A DNA stretch of 41,076 nucleotides from IMG/VR virus record IMGVR_UViG_2867339791_000001, positions 71,046 to 112,121 of that record; one strand, written 5' to 3'. The first letter of the stretch is position 1, and every line of letters begins with the position of its first letter. The translations under genes were made by a program, and so were the position numbers. The notes under the pieces are model-generated. The model was given only the letters and a program-made list of their open reading frames with translations. It was not told the origin of the DNA and ran no database searches. Of this stretch, positions 10,304-19,354 are shown one piece after another. This stretch comes from a virus.

Positions 10304-10798
10304 TTGAAGAGGCTGATGGGCAAGCTTGTAGCGATATTCCTAATCGTTACTGCGTCGGTTGCCACCGTAGGCGTTCCTGCACACGCCGCTGACGCGGTCA
10401 TCCAACGGAATGATATTTTCCTAGGCGCGAGCAAGGACCCTTCTCACGGATTGATGACTCTCCCGAACGGCATAAGCAGGGAGATCCGCTTGGCGAGGGG
10501 CGACTACCGCCTCACCAACAAGTGGCAGGGAACCATCAACACCTTCGAAAACTACCGCAACGTGTTCCTTGAGGAAGACACTTACTACTGGGGCTGCTGG
10601 ACCGTGCCGAGAGAAAGCAACTACGGCACCTACTTGAGCCAGTGCTTCGTCAACCGGAAGACGGATAACTCCCAGGTCTGGACCGCGAACATTCTGGTGG
10701 AGCCGATGGCCAGGGATTCATACAACGGCGAACTTGGAGAGTGGTTCGTTTATTGGCAGAGTAGGCTCATTCGCTGCTCGGAGTCGTCGGAGTGCTGA
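10304..10798 (+). CDS. Secreted hypothetical cargo protein
   Basis: Signal peptide ending AHA; AAAGGGAG RBS; lower GC than flanks. Confidence 0.8.
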   Translation: MKRLMGKLVAIFLIVTASVATVGVPAHAADAVIQRNDIFLGASKDPSHGLMTLPNGISREIRLARGDYRLTNKWQGTINTFENYRNVFLEEDTYYWGCWTVPRESNYGTYLSQCFVNRKTDNSQVWTANILVEPMARDSYNGELGEWFVYWQSRLIRCSESSEC

Positions 10799-11296
10799 TC
10801 AGTCAGCGACAAACAACCCTGGGAAATAGCGTAACAGGCATCGAATAAACACCCGTCCCGGATGCTGGCGGCCCGTCATCCAATGAGCGGGCCGCCCGCC
10901 GCCAGCCGTAAAGACGGCAACATCGCCCCACCTCTCGCCCACCTCCCAGGCGGAGGGACCGCGCGGCCCCCTCATTGAGCGGCCAGCACCACGGCCGCGT
11001 GGTTCAGCAGGGGCGATCGCAACCTGGTTCAGCAGGGCCTCCGCCTGTCTCGCTCGCCCCTGACCGGCGTTCGTGGCGACGTACGGGCTGCTCTGGTGCC
11101 ACGACTCCACGTCCTGGGTCAACAGGGCCGTCCACGTCAGCGACGGGGTCAGGACTTCCGCAACGGCGTGGCTTTGCTGCCGGTAGAGGTCCCGCTTGAC
11201 GCGTACATGGACCGTATGGCTGCTGTCGAGCTTGCAGATGCGAGCCAGCTTGTAACCCTGGCCGTAGACGGTGAATTCGTTGTCGATGGTGCGCAA
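10799..11296 (-). CDS. Hypothetical protein; C-terminus probably disrupted
   Basis: GAGGAG RBS and TTG start; first ~95 aa protein-like, tail reads into the lower-GC insert. Confidence 0.5.
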   Translation of the reverse strand: MRTIDNEFTVYGQGYKLARICKLDSSHTVHVRVKRDLYRQQSHAVAEVLTPSLTWTALLTQDVESWHQSSPYVATNAGQGRARQAEALLNQVAIAPAEPRGRGAGRSMRGPRGPSAWEVGERWGDVAVFTAGGGRPAHWMTGRQHPGRVFIRCLLRYFPGLFVAD

Positions 11297-11359
11297 CGGT
11301 GCTCCTCGGTACGTGATCCGGCGGTGGTGTCGGCTCGCACGGGGCGGGCCGGCGGCGGG

Positions 11360-12244
11360 TCAGCGGGTGGCGGGGCGGGCGATCTGCCGCAGCTTCTTGT
11401 CGACCTTCAGCTGCAAACGGGCCTCGACGTCCTCGACAGTGACGCCGTCCTTGGCGGCCAGGGCCTCGGCGATCTGTCGCGCGAACGTGCGGTAGTCGTC
11501 GCCGGTCCAGCCGAGCCCGACGTACTCCATGTAGCGGACCCACTCGATCTCGGCGGTGCGCTTGGTCTTGATCTCGGAGCGGTCGACCTTCAACACCTCG
11601 CCGGTGGGAGTGCCGATCAGCCGGGGGTCATCGATACGGGCCTTGCGGGCGGCGTCATCGGCCATCCGCTGGTGCTTGTGCTTGCGCAGGTTGCCCAGGC
11701 TGGTGACGGCCACGCCCCGGGCGCCGCACTCGCCGCAGCCGCCCCACGCGGTCCAGCCGCGGTTGTTGACGTAGGTGGGGACCTTGTTGAGGCAGTCACC
11801 GTTGGCGGCGGCTTCGGCGGCGGCGTAGGTGCCGGGGGTGCGGAAGCCGTCGAGGACGGGGGCGTTCGGCACGCAGACGGCACAGACGTGCCAGCCGTAC
11901 CGCTTAACCACCTGGGCGTCGTCCATCCCGGACGCGGCGGCGGTCAGGTTCCGCTCGGTGCTGGCGTAGAGGGTGGAGCAATCGCCTTCGCGGTGGAGGT
12001 GGCCGTTGGGTACCCACCACCAGCGGGGCCACTGGCGCTCGCGGTAGGCGGCTTCCAGGGGCTCGGCCTCTTCGGCGGCTTCCCGGGCGGCCTGGTTCGC
12101 GGCGTCGCGGACGTCGTCGCTGAGCCGGTCGGATTCGGCGATGGCGCGGTGGTGGGCGTAGGTCATCCACAGCTCGATGAGCCGGCCGTCGATCTCGGCG
12201 GGCGTGCTGTCGACGGTCACTGTCCTGGTGGTCGCGCCGGTCAT
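11360..12244 (-). CDS. Hypothetical protein with Cys/His (Zn) motifs
   Basis: AAGGAG RBS; HLHREGDC, CAVC, CGEC. Confidence 0.85.
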   Translation of the reverse strand: MTGATTRTVTVDSTPAEIDGRLIELWMTYAHHRAIAESDRLSDDVRDAANQAAREAAEEAEPLEAAYRERQWPRWWWVPNGHLHREGDCSTLYASTERNLTAAASGMDDAQVVKRYGWHVCAVCVPNAPVLDGFRTPGTYAAAEAAANGDCLNKVPTYVNNRGWTAWGGCGECGARGVAVTSLGNLRKHKHQRMADDAARKARIDDPRLIGTPTGEVLKVDRSEIKTKRTAEIEWVRYMEYVGLGWTGDDYRTFARQIAEALAAKDGVTVEDVEARLQLKVDKKLRQIARPATR

Positions 12245-12256
12245 CGCAGGCTCCTT

Positions 12257-12324
12257 ATCTCAGTAGTGATTACATCTATCAAGTTACGGCACGGAGGTCT
12301 GTCTGTCCACGACGTCGCCGAATT
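12257..12324 (-). promoter_or_regulatory. Element promoter-operator module, copy C
   Basis: TGGACA-17-TAACTT-GATAGATGTAATCACTACTGAGAT. Confidence 0.8.
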
Positions 12325-12457
12325 GACCCCGGCGCGTTTCCCCCGGGGTACGGCGGAGCGCCCGAGGGAGGGCACACCTCGCGCGACCCTGGTGTCACGC
12401 GACGCAGGTGAGGCCGCATGACCTAGGGGTGTCGCATCGACGCCCTACCCTGGCCCA

Positions 12458-13012
12458 GTGCTCGCCGCAGAAGAGATCCCGAAGATCACCGACTGGATGC
12501 AGGCGTGGGGAAGCCTGGCCGGCCTACTGATGTCCACGATCGCGGTCGTGTTCACCGGGCTCCTGCTGCGTCACGAGATCCGGGTACGGCGTGACGAGCA
12601 GCGCGACAACGAGGCGGCGCTGGCTCGGCTTGTGGTCGCAGAGTTCCGGTTCGCGAACGGTCCCAAGGTGAACCACGAGGGTGTCCTGACGGGGCAACTC
12701 ACGTATGTCGAGTACCGAATTCGGAACCTCAGCTCGTCCCCGATCTTGAACGTGTCCTTCGCGGTGATGAACGGGACCGACGGCAAGGTGTACTCGTCGC
12801 CGGAGCAGAAGTCGGTGGTGGTATCCGAGGCTGACATGGGCGTGCCATTCAAGCCACCCCTCCACCCAGAGCAACCCGGCGGTCCTCATCATCTGATGTC
12901 GATCATCAGGTTCACCGACGCAAACGGCTTGCAATGGATACGTGAAGGCACAACAAGTCCGGTCCGTTTCGTCACCAGGCGGAAGCGCCACCTCCTCTTC
13001 TTTCGCGACTGA
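12458..13012 (+). CDS. Single-TM cargo protein (ITDWMQA type)
   Basis: N-terminal TM helix, C-terminal FTDANGLQWIRE; opposite strand to neighbours. Confidence 0.8.
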   Translation: MLAAEEIPKITDWMQAWGSLAGLLMSTIAVVFTGLLLRHEIRVRRDEQRDNEAALARLVVAEFRFANGPKVNHEGVLTGQLTYVEYRIRNLSSSPILNVSFAVMNGTDGKVYSSPEQKSVVVSEADMGVPFKPPLHPEQPGGPHHLMSIIRFTDANGLQWIREGTTSPVRFVTRRKRHLLFFRD

Positions 13013-13045
13013 AGCTAACCAGGTCAGGCTTCGCGAGATAGAAGG

Positions 13046-13459
13046 TCAGTCTTCGTGCGGCAGGCCGATGGTGATGACGGGCTCTCCCTCGTCGCCGGGG
13101 CCGATCATCAGCGCCAACGTCACCTTGCGGGCGGTCACGCCCCGGCCGACTACCGGTACCCGGACGAGGTCGAACGGCACTCGCTGCCGGCCTCCGGCCC
13201 GGCGGGCAGCGTGGAAGGCCATCCAGAGGACGTCCCACAGCCGGCCCGGCTCGTCCTGCCAGGTGCCCTTACGCTTGTTGTCGGCGTCGGTCCATGCGAC
13301 GCAGTCGACCCACGCGGCCTGGGTCAGCGCGACGGGCATCCGGAACCCGGCTTCGCGGGCTGCCGGGCCGGCGTCCACGAGGGTGCCGTCTTCGAGGGCC
13401 TGGGCGCGGGTGTAAGCGTGGATGATCTCGGCATCGGCGAACAGCTCAGCGAACGACAT
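13046..13459 (-). CDS. DUF6573-like mobile-element protein
   Basis: IHAYTRAQALEDGTLVD...GRLWDVLWM...IGPGDEGEPVITIGLPHED. Confidence 0.8.
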   Translation of the reverse strand: MSFAELFADAEIIHAYTRAQALEDGTLVDAGPAAREAGFRMPVALTQAAWVDCVAWTDADNKRKGTWQDEPGRLWDVLWMAFHAARRAGGRQRVPFDLVRVPVVGRGVTARKVTLALMIGPGDEGEPVITIGLPHED

Positions 13460-13486
13460 GGCGTCTCCTTCAGGTGGTGGGCGGGG

Positions 13487-13789
13487 TCAGGCGGCGGCGA
13501 GGGCTTCGCGGAGGGCGACGTCGAACGGCACGACGCCCATGGCGGCCTCGTGGACTTCCTGCGCTCGGGCGTCCCAGTAGCCGCGGTCTTCCAGGGCGCG
13601 CTCGTTGGCCAGCTCGGCGGCGTACTCGGCTTGGGCGTCGGCCTCGATCTCCCGCCAGCGGCGGTAGCACTCGCGGACGGCGGCGACGGTGGCGTGGCGG
13701 ATGGTGTCGGCGGTGTAGTGGTTGCCGCAGCGGACGCCGGTGGCGGTGGCGACGGGGAATCCGAAGTCGTCATAGGCGATGGTGGCCAT
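13487..13789 (-). CDS. Small hypothetical protein
   Basis: GAGGGGG RBS downstream of promoter copy D. Confidence 0.7.
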   Translation of the reverse strand: MATIAYDDFGFPVATATGVRCGNHYTADTIRHATVAAVRECYRRWREIEADAQAEYAAELANERALEDRGYWDARAQEVHEAAMGVVPFDVALREALAAA

Positions 13790-13802
13790 CCCTGCCCCCT
13801 CT

Positions 13803-13860
13803 AGCTCAGTAGCTCTTACGTCTATCAAGTTACGGCAGCACAGCTTCCCCCGCCAGCAAA
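13803..13860 (-). promoter_or_regulatory. Element promoter-operator module, copy D
   Basis: TAACTT-GATAGACGTAAGAGCTACTGAG; weak -35. Confidence 0.7.
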
Positions 13861-13911
13861 TCGAAAACTCACCCAGAACTAGACCGGTGACTTGCGCTCA
13901 GTCCCGGATGT

Positions 13912-14601
13912 TCACAATCCCTCGCCGCAGTCAGCAGCCGCCTCCCGCGTGTCTGGCACCTCGCTCGCCCACGCCATGTTCTGGATGTCAAACACGCTAT
14001 ATCGGTGATACTGCTCGCTGTCGTCTTCCAGCCCGCCCTCCCGCAACACCCACCTGTGGGTCGTATCGGCGAACTCCAACATCAATTCGTGGCCGTGGCG
14101 CTCGCCCCAGAATGCGTCATCGTCGATCAGCGCGGGAAGGGCGATCGTGAGAACCGAGCAGGGCGGCGCATCCACCGTCAACCGGTAATCGCGCACCCCG
14201 AAGCTGCCTCCGTAGGGTTTGACCAGGAGAGCCATGCGGGTGATCGGCACGGGCGATCGGTTCTGCACCTTGATGCGGGACTCCCTCATTTGCCCGGGCC
14301 GTCCGCCGTAGAGCGGACCAGGCAAGGGCGGGCTCTCCCACCAGAACGCGACGCGGGAGGCGTACCTCCTCGCGTACCGCTCGCGCTCAAGCTGCGCCAT
14401 CTCCAACTGAGACCGGTTGATCTCCTGCTGGTCTCTGTAGGTCACGACAGCAACCCCCAGCGCCGGCAGGGCGACAGCCATGGCTAACAGGGCCGAGCAC
14501 GCCTGCATCCAGTCAGTGACCTTTGCCCGCTCACGCGGAGCCGACTGATGGCGACGCCGACGCCGGGGCATCACACGGCGTCGCGCTCGTGATCGCGGCA
14601 C
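13912..14601 (-). CDS. Single-TM cargo protein (VTDWMQA type; start uncertain)
   Basis: Resembles 12458..13012: KVTDWMQA, TM helix, FADTTHRWVLRE. Confidence 0.7.
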   Translation of the reverse strand: MPRSRARRRVMPRRRRRHQSAPRERAKVTDWMQACSALLAMAVALPALGVAVVTYRDQQEINRSQLEMAQLERERYARRYASRVAFWWESPPLPGPLYGGRPGQMRESRIKVQNRSPVPITRMALLVKPYGGSFGVRDYRLTVDAPPCSVLTIALPALIDDDAFWGERHGHELMLEFADTTHRWVLREGGLEDDSEQYHRYSVFDIQNMAWASEVPDTREAAADCGEGL

Positions 14602-14696
14602 AGTGGTCCTCCATGAGTCCGGGACCCTCCATCCTGGTCGAGAGCGGCAAGGGCCTGGTCGGTCCTCCGGCCGGCACCGCCCTCACCCGTCCAGCG

Positions 14697-14915
14697 CTAC
14701 CTGCGACCACGGCTCAGCGTCTGCCCGCGACGGCGCACCATCACCTCCTCGTCGGAGACGTCGACCGGCCACCAGCCGCGCCCCCAGTCGGCCACCGACA
14801 GCATCGGCGGATCGTTCGCGGCCAGAGCAGCGGCGACCACGCCGACCAGCTCGGGCGCCGTGGCCGGCTCGCGACGGCCACGCCGCCGGGTCCGGGTCAG
14901 GGTTGATGTGGTCAT
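14697..14915 (-). CDS. Small hypothetical protein
   Basis: GGAGG RBS; end of leftward operon. Confidence 0.5.
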   Translation of the reverse strand: MTTSTLTRTRRRGRREPATAPELVGVVAAALAANDPPMLSVADWGRGWWPVDVSDEEVMVRRRGQTLSRGRR

Positions 14916-14985
14916 CGGCGCGTACCTCCAACGTGTGCGCGCGGATGCTTCCGGTGCTCAGGGGCCCCAGGTCGGACGGTTGCGG

Positions 14986-15213
14986 TCAGGGCCTCGCGTC
15001 GCGGCGGTTCGCCGCGTCGAGGCAGACCTTCGCGATCAGGACGGCGACGATCGCGGTCGGCACTCCGGCCGGCACGTTCCAGGTGCCGACCCGGATGTCG
15101 GGCAGCGCGCCGCCGGTGACGGCGTCCAGGCCGACGAGGAAGATGCCGAACACGGCCAGGAGCCCGAACAGCAGCCCGGTGACGCGCAGGCCGCCCGGCG
15201 GTCGGCCGGCCAT
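14986..15213 (-). CDS. Small 2-TM membrane protein
   Basis: ATG overlapping the upstream stop; two hydrophobic segments. Confidence 0.65.
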   Translation of the reverse strand: MAGRPPGGLRVTGLLFGLLAVFGIFLVGLDAVTGGALPDIRVGTWNVPAGVPTAIVAVLIAKVCLDAANRRDARP

Positions 15214-15752
15214 CAGCGGCCGGCCGTGACGACGCTGGCGGGCGCCGGCAGCGCGCGCACCTGGGCGGCGGCCCGCTTCCCGACGACGGGCAGCACGGAG
15301 TCGTGCAGCGCGCCGAGCAGCCGCAGCCGGCCGCCGAGGTCGGGGGTGGCGGCCATCCGGTCGAGGACCGGCCCGGCCGTCTCCTCGATCTGGTCCATGC
15401 CCCTCGCTCGGGGCGTGTGGTAGACGTGCGCGGCCTCGACGTCGCACAGGGCCTCGTACAGGTCGGCCTCCCACAGCATCGACAGGTCGGCGGTGGTGGT
15501 CTCGCCTTCGAGCTGGTGGACGCCGTGGACGCTGGCGTACAGGACGGCGCGGCGGTGCAGCGACGTGGCCAGCCGGCGGAGCATGTCCGCGCGGTCGCCG
15601 GGGTCGACGACCCGCGCGAGGTGCGCCCTGATGGTGCGGCACTGCGACTCGTGGAAGGCGTACCTGCGCTGGTTCGTGCGGATCTGTGCGCGGCGGGCCA
15701 GCCAGCCGCGCAGGCCGCGACCCGGACGCCCGGGTCGGTACTCTTCGGCCAT
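15213..15752 (-). CDS. Hypothetical protein
   Basis: AAGGAGG RBS; GC-rich third positions. Confidence 0.75.
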   Translation of the reverse strand: MAEEYRPGRPGRGLRGWLARRAQIRTNQRRYAFHESQCRTIRAHLARVVDPGDRADMLRRLATSLHRRAVLYASVHGVHQLEGETTTADLSMLWEADLYEALCDVEAAHVYHTPRARGMDQIEETAGPVLDRMAATPDLGGRLRLLGALHDSVLPVVGKRAAAQVRALPAPASVVTAGR

Positions 15753-15881
15753 GGTTGGCCTCCTTCGGTGGTCGGCCCACCCCGTGCGTCGCTCCAATCG
15801 CGACGGTCGGGGTGAGTCCTCGTGGTTGGGGACTGCGGGGGCGGCCAGGCTTGCCGGCGGGCCGCGCCCGCCAAACCGGGG

Positions 15882-16337
15882 TCAGAGCTGGGTCAGAACG
15901 ACCGTGAGGGCACCCGCGGTGAACCCGGCGGCCACGGCGAGCGCCGTGACGATGTAGTGGCGCCGGGTCTTCTGGGCGGCGGCCTCCGCCGCGTCAGCCT
16001 CGGCCTCCTCGCGGACCTGCTGGTAGCGGCGGGCGAGCCGCAGCAGCTCCGCCAGCGCCCGCTCTGCGTACACGCGGGTGACCGTCTCCCGCCCGACGCG
16101 GGTCAGCTTCAGCACGGTGCGGTCCAGCTCGCCGACGCGAGCGACAAGGCCGGCGTCGAGGGCGACCCGGGCCAGCCACGACACGTCGATGACCCACCGG
16201 CCGCCGACGTTGGCGACGCGTACGTCCCGGACGGCGGTCAGCATCTCTGCCATTGACTCGGTGACGTCGCCTCGGACGGCCTGGTCGGTAGCGATCTGCT
16301 CGACCGTCGGGGCGAGGGCCTGTGCCTTGCCGGGCAT
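15882..16337 (-). CDS. Hypothetical protein with C-terminal TM helix
   Basis: TGATG coupling to the upstream ORF. Confidence 0.7.
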   Translation of the reverse strand: MPGKAQALAPTVEQIATDQAVRGDVTESMAEMLTAVRDVRVANVGGRWVIDVSWLARVALDAGLVARVGELDRTVLKLTRVGRETVTRVYAERALAELLRLARRYQQVREEAEADAAEAAAQKTRRHYIVTALAVAAGFTAGALTVVLTQL

Positions 16338-16525
16338 CAGGCGATGCCCAGCTGCGACGCGGCGATGGCGGCCCGGTCGGCGGTCTGCCGGGACGGCCGG
16401 CGCGGCTTCACCCGGCGGGTGACCGGGGTGCCGTCGTCGGCGGTGACCTCGACGGTGACGGCGCGGCGGACGCTGCGGGCGGCGACGCGGGCGGCCCGGC
16501 GAGTGGTGGCTGTGAGGCGGTCCAT
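16337..16525 (-). CDS. Small basic hypothetical protein
   Basis: AGGAG RBS. Confidence 0.6.
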   Translation of the reverse strand: MDRLTATTRRAARVAARSVRRAVTVEVTADDGTPVTRRVKPRRPSRQTADRAAIAASQLGIA

Positions 16526-16634
16526 GACGTGCTCCTGACGTGGGTTGATGGACGCGTTCAGGTGGGCCGCCGGCCCTGCCCCTTGCGGGACCGGCGGATG
16601 CTGCTGGTGGGTGAGGTCGCCGGGGTCTGGCTGG

Positions 16635-17054
16635 TCAGAGGACCGAGCCGTAGACCGCGTCGGCGAGCGCGTTGAGCTCGGCGGTGGCGCTGGACAGGTC
16701 GGAGGTGAAGGCCAGGCGCTCGACGCGGTCGAGGGCCCGGTCCAGCTCGTTCACGCGGGGCTCGTAGCCGGCCCGGCCGCGCAGCGGGGCGGCGATGTCG
16801 ACCAGCCGCTCCCGGACCTTCTCGGCGATGTCGGCGAGGCTCATGCCGGCCAGGCCGCCGTCGCGGATGTCGCGGTACACCTCGGCGGCGTCGAGCCGGC
16901 TGGTGAAGGTGAGGCCGGACAGTTCGGCGATGCGCTCGGGGCCGGCGAAGGTGTTGAGAGCGACGCCACCGTCGACAGTCAGGCTGGCGACGAGGGTGAG
17001 CGTGCCGGCGGCGGTGGTGTGGGCCTCGCCGGGCTTGGTGAGCTTGGTGACCAT
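16635..17054 (-). CDS. Hypothetical protein, first gene of leftward operon
   Basis: GGAGAGG RBS downstream of promoter copy E. Confidence 0.75.
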   Translation of the reverse strand: MVTKLTKPGEAHTTAAGTLTLVASLTVDGGVALNTFAGPERIAELSGLTFTSRLDAAEVYRDIRDGGLAGMSLADIAEKVRERLVDIAAPLRGRAGYEPRVNELDRALDRVERLAFTSDLSSATAELNALADAVYGSVL

Positions 17055-17112
17055 GTCGGGGACCTCTCCCGATCGTGGGGCCGGTGGTGTTGGTAGCACC
17101 GCTCCGAACCGC

Positions 17113-17175
17113 GATAGCTCTTACAACTACCAAGTTACGGGCAGGGTTTGCCCACGTCAACCGACTTGCCCAACA
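17113..17175 (-). promoter_or_regulatory. Element promoter-operator module, copy E
   Basis: TTGACG-17-TAACTT-GGTAGTTGTAAGAGCTATCG. Confidence 0.8.
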
Positions 17176-17213
17176 TGGTTGGAACTTTCTGGAAGCTGTG
17201 TGATGATCGGGAC

Positions 17214-17450
17214 ATGACCGACCACCAGGCCCGACTACAGGAGACGGGTGAGGCGTATCAGCGAGCCAAAGAAGAGGCGAAGCAAATCGTCCGGAAGCCC
17301 CGCGACGAACTCGCCGAAGCAGCGCGCCAGGCATACGCCGACGGCGTGAAGAAGGCCGACATCCTGCGATGGAGCGGCCACGCCTGGTCCGACACCTGGC
17401 TCAACACCATCCTCGATGGCGTCGAGCGAAAGACCGACCAGACGACCTGA
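17214..17450 (+). CDS. Small putative HTH regulator, divergent from promoter E
   Basis: Leaderless-type ATG; AARQAYADGVKKADILRWSGHAWSDTWLNTIL resembles small actinophage HTH proteins. Confidence 0.6.
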   Translation: MTDHQARLQETGEAYQRAKEEAKQIVRKPRDELAEAARQAYADGVKKADILRWSGHAWSDTWLNTILDGVERKTDQTT

Positions 17451-17605
17451 CCGACACCAGAAATGGTGCGGCCCGGACGGTGCTACCAACACCGCTACCC
17501 GGGCCGACTAACCCAGAGAGGCCCTGGGCTGTGCACGAGGGTAACAACACCGCTACCCCGACCGCGTGTTCGATCAACGACACCACGCGGGACGGGCGGT
17601 AGCCC

Positions 17606-18409
17606 ATGGGGTTCAAGCTCCGCCGCGAGATCCGCGACCACCTGCCGCCAGGTCTCCTCACGGCCAACGAACGGTGCGTCGTGCTCGAACTCGCGGACTA
17701 CTGCAACGACGACACCCGCGCCGGAGCCCCCGGCGTGGACTGGCTCGCCCAGGCCGCCGATGTGCCCGTAGGCAAGGTCGGCGAAATCCTGGCCCGCGTC
17801 GCCCGGAAGTGGACCGAGCTACGCGTCCCGCTGGGTGTCGGCTCGGACGGGCGGCCGTACTACTCGCGGACCGGCCAGCGCACCAGCTACCGATTCCCGG
17901 CCCTCGCCGACTCGCCTGAGGCACCCCAAAACGGGGGACCTGCCGAGGACGCGGAGGCCCCCCAAAACGGGGGCCCTGAGGTACCCCAGAACGGGGGACC
18001 TGAGGCCACCCAAAACGGGGGACCTGCCAGCGCGCGGAGGCCCCCCAAAACGGGGGACCCATCTCCTCACCACCCTCAGAGAGAGCCCTCATCTCTCTCC
18101 CCCACCGGCGAGAGAGACACCGCGCAGCCGAGCATCGCCCACCAGGTGCTCACCGCGGCCGGCGCCGACCCGGCCGAAGCGGACCGGCTGATACCGGTGA
18201 TCGAGCGGACCTGCAACGTCCGCACCCCGGGCGCGTGGTGGCGGGCCGTCGCCGCCGCCGGTGACGGCCGGCAGGTGCTCGACGCCGGCCGCAAGGCCCT
18301 CGCCAACCCGGGCCGGTTCGACCGGCCGCCGGCCGGATCGCCGTACCGTAACCAACCCGACCAGGACTACCTGAGCTGGGCCGACGCAGGATCGGAGGCA
18401 GCAGCATGA
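17606..18409 (+). CDS. Phage-type replication initiator (N-terminal wHTH, internal iterons)
   Basis: LTANERCVVLELADYCND N-terminus; central 24-bp direct repeats as in lambda O-like initiators. Confidence 0.75.
   Translation: MGFKLRREIRDHLPPGLLTANERCVVLELADYCNDDTRAGAPGVDWLAQAADVPVGKVGEILARVARKWTELRVPLGVGSDGRPYYSRTGQRTSYRFPALADSPEAPQNGGPAEDAEAPQNGGPEVPQNGGPEATQNGGPASARRPPKTGDPSPHHPQREPSSLSPTGERDTAQPSIAHQVLTAAGADPAEADRLIPVIERTCNVRTPGAWWRAVAAAGDGRQVLDAGRKALANPGRFDRPPAGSPYRNQPDQDYLSWADAGSEAAA
17918..18060 (+). repeat. Five 24-bp direct repeats (putative iterons/origin)
   Basis: GAGGyvmCCCArAACGGGGGmCCy at 17918, 17954, 17978, 18002, 18037. Confidence 0.9.
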
Positions 18410-18591
18410 CCACACCGCCGACGCCGACCCGCGGCCCACTGGTCCGCGACCTGGTCGCGGACCTCGGCGACGCCGTCGAGGACTACGAACGCGTCACCGC
18501 CGACCCCGATGGCGAGGTCAACGAGGCCGCGCAGCGCGTCGCTGACGCCTGCGTGGCACTGCGCAAGGCACGAGGCTGGGTGACCCGATGA
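18406..18591 (+). CDS. Small hypothetical protein
   Basis: ATGA overlap; GGAGG RBS. Confidence 0.65.
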   Translation: MTTPPTPTRGPLVRDLVADLGDAVEDYERVTADPDGEVNEAAQRVADACVALRKARGWVTR

Positions 18592-18860
18592 ACGAACCTT
18601 CGCCGGCCGAGCTGATGTCCGCCCTCGACACGGCCGGCTTCACGCTGGCCGGCGAGGGTCGGCACTACCTCCGCTACCACTGGCCGGCCGGCCTACGTGA
18701 CGGATCCCTCGTCGTGTTGCGCGACCAGGACGCCCCCGAGTACCCGACGATGGTGGCCGCCCTGATCGCCCAGTTGGACGGTGCCGAGCGGTGCGGCCAA
18801 GCCGCGACCGCCGTGCTCGAACAGCTCGCCCCGACCGTGACACCGAGGAGCCCCGCGTGA
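18588..18860 (+). CDS. Hypothetical protein
   Basis: ATGA overlap. Confidence 0.65.
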   Translation: MNEPSPAELMSALDTAGFTLAGEGRHYLRYHWPAGLRDGSLVVLRDQDAPEYPTMVAALIAQLDGAERCGQAATAVLEQLAPTVTPRSPA

Positions 18861-19354
18861 CACCTGGATACCTGGCCGGCATGCTCGTCGACCTGCTCCC
18901 CCGCTCCGCGCACCCCGGCGTCGCTGCGGTCGAGCCGTGGCGGGGAATCACCGGCGGGGAGGACGAACGCGGCCTGGTGGTGCGGTTCCGCGACGGCGCC
19001 CAGTTCGGGCTGAAGGTGGTAGCCGGGTCCCCGAACGGCGGGAGCCCGACGGGTCCGGACGAGTACGAGCCGGCTGGCGGGCCGCCCGGGGACGTGTCCG
19101 GGGTCGGCGGGGACGGCCCGACCGGGGCAGAGGCGTTCGCCGGCTACCTCGCCGCCGTGGTCGAGGCAGCGGGGCACCCGGAGGTCACCGCGGCGCTGAC
19201 GTCGCAGACCGAGATTTCTCAGCCGATGCAGCGGTCTGTGCGGGTCGACCTGGTCGACGGGAAGGTGCTGCTGGTGCTGTTCGCCCGCGCGGCCGGCCCG
19301 GGTGACCGGCGGCTGCCGGACTGGGACGTGTCGAAGTGGGGAGCTATGGCCTGA
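18857..19354 (+). CDS. Hypothetical protein
   Basis: GTGA overlap; GAGGAG RBS. Confidence 0.7.
   Translation: MTPGYLAGMLVDLLPRSAHPGVAAVEPWRGITGGEDERGLVVRFRDGAQFGLKVVAGSPNGGSPTGPDEYEPAGGPPGDVSGVGGDGPTGAEAFAGYLAAVVEAAGHPEVTAALTSQTEISQPMQRSVRVDLVDGKVLLVLFARAAGPGDRRLPDWDVSKWGAMA

Noticed and set aside
8097-10307. 736-aa plus-strand ORF
   Set aside because: Antisense shadow of the UvrD helicase in high-GC DNA; no motifs
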